Shown piece after piece: positions 12,937 through 24,607 of a DNA stretch of 64,000 bases. Location: the NCBI GenBank assembly GCA_047495785.1, contig JBLDXI010000043.1:372001-436000 (forward strand), in the 5' to 3' direction. Position 1 is the first letter of the stretch. Each line of letters starts with the position of its first letter. The position numbers were made by a program, and so were the translations under genes. Origin of the DNA: Lepidodermella squamata. Taxonomy: Eukaryota; Animalia; Gastrotricha. The notes under the pieces were generated by a model. That model had not been told where the DNA came from. It did not search any database and saw nothing but the letters and a program-made list of their open reading frames with translations.

Positions 12937-13195
12937 AGGCGGCCGAGGTTCGAACCACATCTCGTTCAATATTTTTGATAGTCTGATAAGAGACCTCTTA
13001 AAACATTTGTTTACCAAAAATACAAAAACATCTAGTTCGTGAACGTTTAAAAATGGAAAGGAAGTAAGAAGAAATAAAGCCGTGCGAATTTTTGTGTGTT
13101 ATGCGCAATGACTGTTTGTGCCCACCCCTTTTAAGAGGTCTCTTATTTAACTATCAAAAATATTGAACGAGATGGGGTTCGAACCTCGGCCGCCT
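12937..13195. repeat. 67-bp inverted repeat pair containing a Pol III B-box-like GGTTCGAACC (tRNA-derived/MITE-like)
   Basis: 12937-13003 versus 13129-13195, about 4 mismatches. An A-box-like TAGTGG lies at about 12909. Confidence 0.75.
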
Positions 13196-13702
13196 AGGAG
13201 CAATAAGAGCAACGACATGGAAGCAACACTAAATAAGAGCAACGAGAGAGGAGAAAGATGACATAAGAGCAATTATATTTTATTGGATTTACACTGTGAA
13301 TGTATGACTTAAGAGCAAGCGAAAAAAAGAGCAGCGATATGAGAGCAAACGAAATAAGAGCAATGTAATAAAAAGTGAATTTCTTGGCACACTGATATGG
13401 CAAAAATGGCGTCAAGCACGCAATGTTGCTCATTATTTTTCATAATCAGTAAGATTAGCAGCCCCAAAGCCAATCAAAAAAGCGGGTTTCGAAGAAAAAA
13501 CTATTTGGGCTTTGCGAACTGATGATAGTGGGACGAAAGTTTGACAGAAAAAATAGCCGCATAGAAGAATAAAACATTCATATAGCAACTAGAAATAACA
13601 ATATTCTTCTCATATTAAAATGCTCTTATGGCGTTCTGCTCCTATCTCGTTGCTCTGTTTGTGTGTTGCTCTGATGTCATTGCTCCGGTTTCGCTTGCTC
13701 TT
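13196..13702. repeat. AGAGCAA arrays in inverted orientation (about 13196-13362 versus TTGCTC/TGCTCT at about 13620-13702)
   Basis: Spaced AGAGCA(A) motifs and their reverse complements, typical of subterminal repeats of a decayed TIR element. Confidence 0.5.
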
Positions 13703-14928
13703 TCCGCACACAACCAAATGAAATAGTATAAAAAATGAAGCCGAGCGAATTTTGTGGCCTTTTGCGCAATGAAATGGCTGTTTGTCCACACCCCTGTAGT
13801 GCAGGCTATTATGGGTATAAGCATATTTTGCACAAGTAAGCAGTTGACAGTAAAACACTTATTCTATTGTAATCGTACGGGAATAGTCTTGGGATCAATG
13901 TCGTTGCAAGCGCGGCAAAAGGAACCTCAACATGCTTGTAGGATGTGGGACCTTTGGTGCGCAACCATCGAGACGAAAATTCGTTATAATTGGGCCAATA
14001 AAATGCATCCCGTTTTCTACGCAGACCGCAGACATTCAGAATAATTCCAGAATTCAAGTGATTAGAACAGGCTTGAGGATAAGATACCGTTTTTATTCAT
14101 TTTAGAATAATTCATTCAACGTTGTTATCAGTAATCGAAAATTTTGAATTGGCCAATTTTCGAGCGGCTGGTGCTTTAATTTGAAATCAATAGCAATGTC
14201 ATGAATATCGAATTACTGGCCGCAAAGATTAATAGGGTTAGAAATTCTATAAATTCTAGGAGCAGTTTGAGGGCAACTAATTTATCGCCTAAAAACTGTA
14301 TTTACCGTACGGAATTTTCGTTCCGTTTTTCGTTTAAATCAGATTCTGATTACATCAGATATCTACATCAGATTTGAAACCTCAATAATCACAGAAGATG
14401 AGACAGAAGAACGTTTAACAGAGAGTTAAAAGAAAAACTATTAATATGCATATCAATACATTTGTTGACTTTTTTTGCTTCGTCATTGTAAACTTTATAA
14501 TAAAAGTATTCATGGCAATGAATTATACTGTGACGATGAAAGCCTACGTAGCCCAAAGTATATCTACACGTTTTTTCAACAAAAGCAATGATTGTGGAAA
14601 GCAGAAAGCTTCTTGTCAGCATGCTTAACTGAACAAGTGAACTGGCGAAGCACTTGTGTTACGGCTGCTAAAGGAATAAGCCAATATAATAATATAATAT
14701 AATAATATTATATAATAATTATATAATAATAATTAATAATAATAATAATAATAGTATTATATAATAATTAATGCCGGGGGGAACCCCCATACTGTCACCG
14801 TTTGTGAGTGGACAAGTTGTTTGTTTGTTTGTATGTCGCCAGTGATGTCGCCAGCGTGCGCACAGTCTGTGCACGCCTGTTGCGCACTCTTTTAACTATT
14901 CAGGTTTGGTTTTTGGATGTAAAACTTG

Positions 14929-14992
14929 GGGATAACTGAGTAGTTAACCGCCGCATACATGGGATAACTGAGTAGTTAACCGCCGCATACAT
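14929..14992 (+). repeat. Perfect 2 x 32-bp tandem duplication
   Basis: GGGATAACTGAGTAGTTAACCGCCGCATACAT occurs twice. Confidence 0.95.
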
Positions 14993-15629
14993 AACAGACT
15001 TACACTATCGGACAAAACTTCTTGCCGGTGACCGAAAATTAACCTTTTCTTGAGATTTTATACTTCTGAGCGTGGTTTTATTCAGCAATCACATGGTGAG
15101 GGCAATAAAGTATTGGCCAGCAATTGACGTGGCTTCGATTCTGTCAATTCTGTTGATTTCAGCCCGCCGCAGAATGTCGATGTATTGATCTGCATTGACT
15201 CGACCTTGACACTGCTGTTCGACGCCGAATCATGACCATCACTTATGATGCCGGAGCAACACTCGTCAGAGAACGACGCACAGCGTTAATCGTGAATCGC
15301 TTTGTCGCCAGCATTCAGGTTGCGCTTTCAGACCGTCGGTTTGCGGCGAATACCGTTGATTCTCAAGTATAGTGAGACGGTTCGGGCTGTCGGTTCGGTT
15401 ATGCATATTGCTGCCCGACTCGGTGTTTCAGCTGATTCAGCGGCAATCTCCGTTCAAATCGTAGGGAGAGACACTGGCGTTTCATCTCCGAAGCTGACCC
15501 CATCCCCTGCTCATTCTCCCGGACGCTGCACAGCCACGTGCCAAACCCATTGAAATCCATTACGCCGTTCACCAAATTAGTTTCTTTTAGGCTCTAACTA
15601 TCCCGAACAATCACGCCCGATGTCCGTAC

Positions 15630-16240
15630 CCGATCTTCAACGAACTGAGCCTCTTCAGCTCCCAGAACGGCCGAGTTCTCCGTTCTCCGGCGCGTGGTAC
15701 ATCGCCTGGAGACTCTAATACCTATTGGTTGGATGCCACGAGTCCCATTTTCTACGAGTGGGGAAAGGATGTCAAGTAGTGGTACTTCGTTCTGCTGCCT
15801 TGTAATCTACACCTTACCTCTACCTCTACTACTACCTCTTAGGCTGCTAATACCGGTAGTTTGACGTGTCCGAACTTGATCTGCGACGAACTGGGTCTCT
15901 ACAACTCCCAGAACCGCCGAGTTCTCCTTTCTCAGGTGCGTGGTAGCCGATACTGCGTGTCTCGCCTTGAGACTTTTATAACTCCCTGGTTAGAGGCCTT
16001 ATTAGTCCTATTTTCTAAGAGCGAGGAGACGGCCACTTGACACGGCAACAGAACTACCGCTAGGGATGGTTCCGTGGTCCTACTTCACTATCTTCCACGA
16101 ACTGAGCCTCTTCAACCCCCAGTATCGCTGAGTTTTCTGTTAGCCAGCGCTTGGTTCAATTTAGCACACACCTTGACTCGCCTATAGCTTTCTACATTTC
16201 CCGGGTTAGATGTTATTAGCCCTATTTTCTAAAGGTACCG
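15630..16240 (+). repeat. Three diverged tandem units of about 210-250 bp inside the Helentron-like element
   Basis: The core ACGAACTG.G.CTCT.CA..CCCAG recurs at about 15640, 15887 and 16097. Confidence 0.8.
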
Positions 16241-17679
16241 ATCTCCTCTGTATTTCTTACCGTAGTTCTACTGTAGTGAGCACGTTGCCATTTAGCACGG
16301 CACAGTAGGCGGACAGAAAAATGACGGTAGCAGATGCCATTTGAACCCTCAATTCAACACTCGAAGCCAGGCACCTTATCAACTGAGCTATCGTGCAGTT
16401 TCGGACATGCTAGTATTTTAAAGGTGTCCCTGAATAGTTTTTCGCGTTGGTTTCAAACAAGACAGTTTCTGGAAACTTTCATTTCTATAGAAGAAAGTTT
16501 TCAAGTGAAAACTATGACACCGTGCTGAAGAACTACCGTTCCGCTGAGCTCTACCGTAGTCGTGGCTAAAACTAAGGTACATATGAGACCCGTCAAGCGA
16601 TTTCGGCCCTATCTCGCGGTGTTCAATCATTCGAAAAGTGGGTTTTGTGCAATTGGGACTATGCGCCAGATGTTGTCTATTCAAATGATTTACAAGGGCG
16701 AAATCGCTTGGCGGGTCCCAAATGTACGGTGTGAATCGGTTTTGCTAGGGGTGTCACCTCTTTTGTGCATAATTTGCTTAACTGGTCTCCTCCGTTTACC
16801 CAGCACCCTTCGCACGGCGCAGGACGCCATCCTGAGATTCCTTCCCACGTCAGAGTCTCCATCCTCGAGCACCGCTGTCGCTTGCCAGGCGTGCCTTTCT
16901 TCATGTGGCGTATTCAACGCCGCTGTGAGGTAACGCCGTTCGCTTAGTGCTGCCGTTGCGTGAGGATATGGAAGGGTACAGTGGATTTTGGTCTTGGCAA
17001 GGTAGGCTAGGTAGAATTACCACAATTGTTCTCGTCAGTCTCAAAAGTTCCCCCCGGCGCTACTGCAGCAGCTTTGCTGCTGCTGTTGCCAATAATAATA
17101 ATAATGATATGGGGAAATGTGCAATATTATTACGCGACGAACCAAGAGAAGCTTGGTACCCTCGGGAGCACAACCTTCATTAAAACTGCAGCAAATCAAA
17201 CCATCTTATTCTTTGACTGTTCCTGACCCCTGACCTCTGTCTTGAACCTAACCGCTTTTCAGTCCCCCATGTTCCCTGTGTGTTTTCAGTCCCTCCATGC
17301 GTTAAAAAGACCTGTTTTAGATTTTTTTCTTGGAACTAATTTAATCCATTAGGCCAAAAAGAATAGTGGTCTTAGGTAAAACACTTACCTGCGAATACGT
17401 GCTCTTAATTTCTCTCGTGCATATGTGAATTGTAGTCAGCATACACTGTCACTCAGCTGTCTGGTAGCTGCTCCGCATTCACCATTTCAGACCTGTGATG
17501 CACCAAGAAACGACATTCAGTCACTCTATGGGAACTATCCATCTATTGATATCGGTGTAATGGAGCATGTAATGGAGTATAGGACTTTGATCAACATCAA
17601 TAAAACAGTCCTTGAGTTGCGTCAATAGGGAGTTTTCAATAAGTTGCTTACGTTCGAAACGACGTCTTAACGCCGGTAT

Positions 17680-17936
17680 TCATTCGAGACCGCATTCGGT
17701 TGAAAATAATACTATCGATGATAATACTTGTGAGAAGCAGCATGAGAAAGAAATCAATCACCTTGGGTCAATCATACGGATGAGTGTGATTTGCATTTGC
17801 CGAGAAGTGATTTTCCGCAAATATGCGTGATTTGGCACGTGACAAGCGCGTAGATAGTACAAATGCACCCGGTCACCATTTGGCTGCCAATGAAAATCAC
17901 CGTGTAGTTCACCTCGGAAGATTTCGGCAGAGAATC
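17680..17936 (-). pseudogene. Inverted, frameshifted 3' fragment (M2-M3 loop to M4) of the Cys-loop gene at 21945-23284
   Basis: DSLPKSSEVNYTVIFIGSQMVTGCICTIYALVTCQ matches 23028-23284, followed by indels. It is truncated by a repeat beginning CCCTGTCGGAAAAAA. Confidence 0.9.
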
Positions 17937-18658
17937 CCTGTCGGAAAAAACTGGTCCACGGTGGGCCAAAATAATATCACTCATATTTGGGTCCAGGTGG
18001 CCCAAAAATTCGTGGCCCCAACTTGGAATGGGCTACGGTGGGCCAGAATTACCAGGCAAAATGGCCAGAATCCAGCATGAATTTAGTCTCGCATTGGTCC
18101 TTCTGCTCCCTTTTATTCCGTTTCTGGTACAAGAACTCAACTTCAGATTTCATTTTTATTGCTCAAAAATTATCATATATATCAAAAAGTATCAAAAAAT
18201 ATTTCACGAGTTCACGAGATTTTAATGAATAAAAAGAAGGCTCAACATGTTAATGAGTCAGTCGATAGTCGCCGACAGAAAAGGTGATCGTCACGGTCAC
18301 AGACCAAAACGCTCGTATGCAATAGAGTACCAAGAAACGGAGATTATCTGCAAACGAAAAAATGGTAATGAGTTAACTTGCAGTAATGATTCAGATGACT
18401 ATTATTAGTAGAGATTAAAAGCAATTAAAATTATTTAAAGAATAGGAAATTAACTTGGGAACTGAAATATTTATATTTCGAAATAAAATTTCGCAAGATT
18501 GTAAATTTTTCCAAATTTTGTTCATCAGGAAGCCAGAATCATATGGATATAAATGAATGAATGAATGAATGACCAAATGAATCAGTTTTATTTTTCGTCC
18601 TCCGTAGGCATGTGATGTTAATATTAGAGAGTAGAAAAAAGGCCTTACCCGTGAGGGT

Positions 18659-19917
18659 TTAGGGGACGGCTGACGACAGGCGATCGGCTTCAGGGGCCGA
18701 CAGATCGGTCGCGAACAACCTGCTTTTGCCCAAAAATTCATAATTTTCGATGCTATTGCACACTAATTGCCATTCTTCCCGGTCTCTGGCAGTTATTTCC
18801 GCTAATTCTAGATCCGCAATTTTGTGAATTTCAGTGCGTCGCATTAACAGGGTCGACTTACGAGGTCTCCCGCGTCTAACTGGCTCGTTTGGGTTTTTAA
18901 TATATTTCACATGAATATCGAACAAACCAATTTTAAGAAGACTCCTTTTCAAGCTATCGGTCCAGCGGGTTGGCGGTTTACCGCGAGGCAAGTACCAACT
19001 CGGGTCGACCGCTTTCCAATGATATATGGCATTCGTGAGACTTTCAGTTTCATACTCGTCTTGGCGAATAATGTGCCCGAAATATTTCAAACGATGCTTT
19101 TCAATCATTTTACTTAATTCCAAAACGTCACAGATCAATCTAATATCGATGTTAGGTATATAATCTGTTCTAAAAAATCCCATAATGGTTCTGAGCCAGC
19201 GCATGAAAGTGACATTTAACCTTTGTTCCTGCTTAGTAGTTAGGTTCCAGGTTTCACAGGCGTAGGTGACGGTAGGAATTACCACACATTTTAAAACTTT
19301 CAATTTTGTGGCTAGGCTTATATGTTTTCTGTTACACATCAGCTTGTTCAGTGCACCAAAACAGCTGCCAGCTTTCGCTAGGCGAGCTTTGATTTCCTCG
19401 TCCATTTTACCGTCTGATGTGATTATACTACCTAAATATTTAAAAGATGTAACTTTCTCCAATAATTTTCCATCTAGTTCCAGTTGGTAATCTTTATCCT
19501 CACCGATCACCATATACTGGATTTTGCTAACACTAATTTTCAGACCAAGCTCCTGGCAGGCCTTGTTGAAGACATCAAGTAGTAATTTAATTTCCTCGTG
19601 GCTCATGCCAATTAAAGTGCCGTCATCTGCAAATGCTATCAGATTCAAAAGCTGCTTACCAGTGATGGGGAAGCCACCCGGGGTGTCCCTCAATTTTTGA
19701 CAAATTTTATCGAACGTCGCGATAAAGAGTAGCGGGGACATTTAGAGCAGACTTAATTTCTTGGGTGCTAATACCATCAATATCAGGAGGAGGGGGTTCC
19801 TCGCTGCCAATGTTTGCATCGCACTCAGCAATGAAGTCGTCAATCTCGCAACCCTCGAGGAGTTCCGAAAAATATTCTTTCATTGCGTCCAGAATTTTGT
19901 CTAAATCCGTAACTAAA
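18659..19917 (-). mobile_element. 5'-truncated, internally deleted non-LTR retrotransposon (RTE-like reverse transcriptase)
   Basis: SPLLF, FADD, FKYLGS, EIKARLAKA, TYACETW, RLKYFGH and RGKPPTRWTD motifs. The sequence jumps from QEIKSAL to SPLLF, deleting the early RT domains. Confidence 0.9.
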
Positions 19918-19919
19918 TG

Positions 19920-20530
19920 AGGGTGCCGCTCCGTTAATAGACGCCTTCTTATAACGGTCTCCACTCAGTCCTAGCAGATTTTATTTGACATAAACGTAGT
20001 ATCACGTAATAAACGTAATAATAAATGCTCGGGATCACGGGAATGCATTTATTGGGATGGCGGATAGCGGCCATTACCTGCAAGCATTCTGCAGCCATAA
20101 CTGACATTCGATTGTCACGCCTGATAATCCGTACATAATAATAATAATTAAACAGAAAACCTATCTAGCTATCGATGAGAAATGGCTGGAGCTTTGTAAC
20201 CTATAATGCAGATTTCAAATTCCAGGTATCAAGGTATGAAATTTGGGATTAGCAATTTATAAAATTATACTTTTTCTCACGTTTTCTATTCACTGGTAAT
20301 CCGATTTTTCAAAAGGTATTGGGAGTATTTGGGCTGACTGTCGCTGGCTGAAATTTCAAATGCGTTATTGTCGTCTTTAAAATGAAATGAACATTTCGAA
20401 CTGAAAAGTCGCTCGCTGAATTGTCGTGGCTGAAATGTCGCACTTTTTACTTTAAATATAGGCTCTTACGTTGCGGGCTAAATTTTCTGCTCAATTGGCG
20501 GGACTGAAAAGTCGGGGCTGAGAGGTCGTG
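19920..20530 (+). repeat. Second copy of the kinase-ankyrin copy A 3' flank
   Basis: Colinear with 1991-2670 but lacks the 104-bp insert. Confidence 0.9.
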
Positions 20531-20940
20531 GAACAGAATGTCATACGAACCTGAAAACTTCCTGAAAATGAAAATGAGAATGAAAATGATACAATTCACC
20601 TAGAACTGCTAACCGCTGGGTTATTTTGAAGCCATATTCGAAAAGCTGAAGTCCACCTTTAGTCTAATGGATGATATGTTTTGTTGTTGCTTTTGAGAGA
20701 GCGTTACGTGGCTCGACAAGCAAGAAGAAAAATAAGTAATTTGGGGAAGATATGTAAAGTTATTAGAAATATCGAACTAAAGAGTACCGTCAGTTGGGGC
20801 TATCCGGACGGCGAAAAAAATTACCCCTTGATTTTTTTGCATTTTTACACGTTACAGAAGGTCATGATTCCAATGGCACCAGGGCAGGTGTGGGGCTATT
20901 AATGATACATAAATATTCAATTCAAATTTTACTGATATGT

Positions 20941-21035
20941 TGTGCTCAGTGGTCGAGTGGCTTTGGATGTGCTTCTAGAAAGCACAGCGAAGTACAAAAC
21001 GAGGGTTCGAGTCCAGGCGACGAAACAATTTTTTT
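20941..21035 (+). repeat. tRNA-like/SINE-like Pol III box pair
   Basis: A-box-like TGGTCGAGTGG and B-box-like GGTTCGAGTCC followed by a T-run; no convincing cloverleaf. Confidence 0.35.
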
Positions 21036-21944
21036 CCATACAAAAGTTTGCATTTTTCGCAATTATTTGAATGCAGTGCATATCGATGGTCTTTAGCTTA
21101 GTTAGTTTTTAGCAGTAGTAAATTAGCGAATTTTTAATTCATGCCACGAGCACTAGCCTTTCATTCGGTTAACCTAATTAAAAAGTTTTACAAGCCTCTG
21201 AAATACGAAGTATGCCTCAATTGCTGAGAAACTTATCAACTACAAAGCTCATTAGAATATTCCAATTCTGCCGCGTTTCTCTGTTCCGATTGCCCCACAA
21301 CCTCATTTTTTCGTGGGTCTATTCGGACGCAATTAATTAGACAAAAGTATGAGTCGGATCGGGTTGGTTTAAATTTTCATGGGTGCCCTATAATCTGTAG
21401 GATCAGAAAAAATTGATCGCAGGTCCAGCAAAATTCTCATCTGGTCCAGGTAATTCAACGCAGAACAGTGCTTAAACTGAGTTAAACTTACACCTGAAAG
21501 GTAAAGCTCATATCTTCACAACCACTTACTCTCAGGTCATGAAATTTTTATGGCATGTGGGTCGTCTTTCAACCTAACTCCGTGCAACAATTTCATTGCT
21601 AACGGCCGGGTAGTTTTGCTCATTTTCCCGTTTGCATGAACATTCGTCCGAATAGCCCCAATGACCCAGATTACCCCGACTGACGGTACTTTACGAACCG
21701 AATTCTTGGACTATTTAGGAAATATTAGAAATCATGCCGAAGAAACTGACATTGATTCATACCGTCGAGCCAAAAATAATAATTGTTCATGGTTGGGATG
21801 AACATATCCATCGATTTACACGTGTCAATATTAAAATAGTTCGTCGCACCGATAAATTATTCATCGAGACGGTATTATTAATTCTCAAGCGCTGTTCTCA
21901 GTTGCTCGTCGGCGTTTCTTGCATTACAATCAATCAAAAATACC

Positions 21945-23284
21945 ATGAAAGACCAAATGATTTTGCCATGGCTTGCATTTCTCAGCTCTCTGATACTAGC
22001 TTCGTCAGCTCAAGAATATGCCGGGGAACAACTCGAGGTCGATAACAACTACTCACCTCCAGGGGAAGCTTTCAAACAATCCGTTATCAAGCGGTGCGAT
22101 TTGAAGACTAAAACTCGCCCGTCGAAAGATTTTGACGATGTTGCAAATGTCACCCTAGAGTCTTTACCATTACGATTCACCGGAATCTACGACAAAGAAC
22201 AAACGTTAGCCTTTCCTACTTCTGATTTATCGATGAACGCCCACGTTTTCTCAAGGTACAAGGTACTCAATGTTGATGGAATTTGACTTCACATGGTATC
22301 ACCCCTGCGCGTTTTGGACGGCGAACGAAAGCCGGCTTCGGGCATTCGAGTTGCCGGCTGAAGACACGTGGTACCCGAAGGTGCAGCACATCAACGCAAA
22401 TGACGATGTTTCGAAGCTAACCAAATAAACTATTCCACTTAATCAACTTTTCCTTATTAGAAAAATGCAGAGAAATGGAGACAAGCGGCAAGGTTTTCGT
22501 AACAAGCGAAGGTATGATGCTGCTGCCCGTAGTTTTGGAGGTCAATTCATACTGTCCGCTGAAGTAATGAAGCAATATTTGCAGCCTTAACCTTTTTTAA
22601 TCACTTCATTTCAGACTGGCGAAATTTCCATTCGACAGCCAAAATTGTCGTGTCGAAATCGAATCTTGGTACCCGTCTATAGATGTTATTTTGAAACTCC
22701 CACCGGGGGTTGACAGTCTCGATGACAGAATCAGTGATAATGTTTTGTCTGCTGAGAACGACATTTGGGAGTTGGATGGGACTAACGCGAGCATATTCAC
22801 GCACTCATACAACGGGGATGCGGCTGCTTTTGTGTACTACCGGGTGGCTTACGAATTCAGTTACCGTCGCAAGTCAGCGTCTTACGTGATGAACATTTTC
22901 CTGCCCAGTTTTGCCCTTCTGTCTCTAATGCTGGCGGTGTGGGTGATGCCGCCGGAACACCCAGATCGGCCTGGTTTCTGCATGACTGTCGTTTTAGCCT
23001 ACACAGTTCTGCTGTCTATTGTCTCAGATTCTTTGCCGAAATCCTCCGAGGTGAACTACACGCTGATTTTCATGGGCGGTCAAATGGTGACCGGATGCGT
23101 TTGTACCATCTACGCGCTTGTGACGTGCCAACTCGCGCATATTCCACTTTTTAAGAAGCGGAAATTCACTTTTCGGCAACTGCAAATGACACTCATCCGT
23201 GTGATTGATTTGGCTTTCTTTCTCATGCTGCTTCTCACAAGTATGATAATGGATGGTGTAATTTTCAACCGAATGCGGTCTTGA
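21945..23284 (+). CDS. Divergent Cys-loop ligand-gated ion channel subunit 1. Exons about 21945-22204, 22263-~22410, ~22461-22563, 22615-23284; intron 2 junction unresolved
   Basis: Signal peptide, TRP, loop A WYPKVQHIN, Cys-loop CPLKLAKFPFDSQNC (C-x13-C), pre-M1 RR and four TM helices. Confidence 0.85.
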
Positions 23285-23701
23285 AAGAATAAATAGTCGA
23301 TGAACAAATGGCATGATGTTGAGACACCTCAAGTCGGCGGCTTGACCGGTGAACGCTAAACAATATGGATGATTTTGCGCTAAAACGAACTGACTAGATC
23401 TAGGAACGCTCAGCAAAATTAGCTCAACAAAAAAAAAACAAATATGTAGTTAACAAAATTGTACACGACCGACGGAACCTTGCGGTCAATCGCCATGAAG
23501 ACCTTTCGCCCTTCTCAGACATCTCAACATGAACACCCTCGACTAGGCTAGGGAATATATCGACCAATTCTTTAGGCAGACTACGCTTTGCTGATTGTTG
23601 ATTCATCTTAAATTGTCAATTGTGTACGCAATTTATCTAACCAATTTGAAATACTTATACAGTCAGCCCCAAGTTAGCCATTTTTTCTCAGAGCTTACTA
23701 A

Positions 23702-24479
23702 TGGTGCTTTCACAAATGCGTCCGACGGTGAAAACTTCGGCTAGCAACTAACAAACGTCGGTAGAGTGAAGCGAAACGTCGGAGAGCGTTATCAGTGGCA
23801 CTACGGACGCGCGCGCGCGGTCGGGCGCCCGAAGTCTCTATTGTTTAGTCGCCGAAGTTGCTGGGTGTCACGCACTTGAGCGCGCGTGCATGCGAGTGGC
23901 AGGGGTCAGGCAAAAAAATTTCCATTTCAGCGTAAATGCTGAAATCAACTAAATAATGAGACTTGAAATGCGATGCGGATCATAGAAATCTAAATTTCAT
24001 CGAAAAATTATGTGATAAAATGATTTCTTGCCGCGCCCAGCGCGGTTTTGCCGGCCTTAATTTTCTTTGTGCGCGGCTTTAAATTAAAAATTGAAAAATT
24101 GGTCAATTTCGAAATTATTTTCATGACTCATTGTAATCCAAGACGGCTCGAGTGTTTTACAGCAAGTCAAGCTGTCAAATGGCCGCGCGCGCTTATGTCT
24201 ATTGGTGCGCGTGTAATAATAGTGCGCGCTATTAACTTCGGTTCGGACGCACTTCGGACGGTAGTTTTGGGGGCCTCCGATCCGACGTTCTTTGTTGTGC
24301 GTGCGCGCGCCGCGTCGGACGCGCTATTGTTTAAACTTCGGGCGCGCGGGCCGAAGTGCGCGCGTTTGTGAAAGGAAATCTAAACGTCGGACAACTATTA
24401 CGTTACTTCGGGCGCCTATTACGAAACTTCGGGCGCCGAAAACGTCGGACGCTCGTCGGACGCATTTGTGAAAGCACCA
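23702..24479. mobile_element. PIF/Harbinger (Tourist-like) MITE
   Basis: Perfect 26-bp TIR TGGTGCTTTCACAAATGCGTCCGACG, TAA target duplication at 23699-23701 / 24480-24482, and internal GTCGGACGC/CCGAAG repeats. Confidence 0.9.
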
Positions 24480-24607
24480 TAACTCTCATCTCCTCAATTT
24501 TCGCCTAAGTGGGCGGTTCGCAATTTCAGCTGGGATAAAGCTCCAGCTCATTAGATAACATCTCTTCAGCTTGTATCAAGTATTAAGCAAACTGCGCTCG
24601 TTTTTAA

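Larger units (their letters stand above)
14773..17090 (+). mobile_element. Non-autonomous Helentron/HINE (DINE-1-like) element in an (AAT)n tract
   Basis: Perfect 12-bp subterminal IR GCCGGGGGGAAC at 14773-14784 / 17047-17058, 3' hairpin GCAGCAGC-TTT-GCTGCTGC at 17065-17083, (GTTT)n near the 5' end, internal tandem repeats and AAT microsatellite flanks. Confidence 0.75.

Noticed and set aside
20941-21035. Functional tRNA gene
   Set aside because: A and B boxes are present but no acceptor stem or cloverleaf could be folded by eye.
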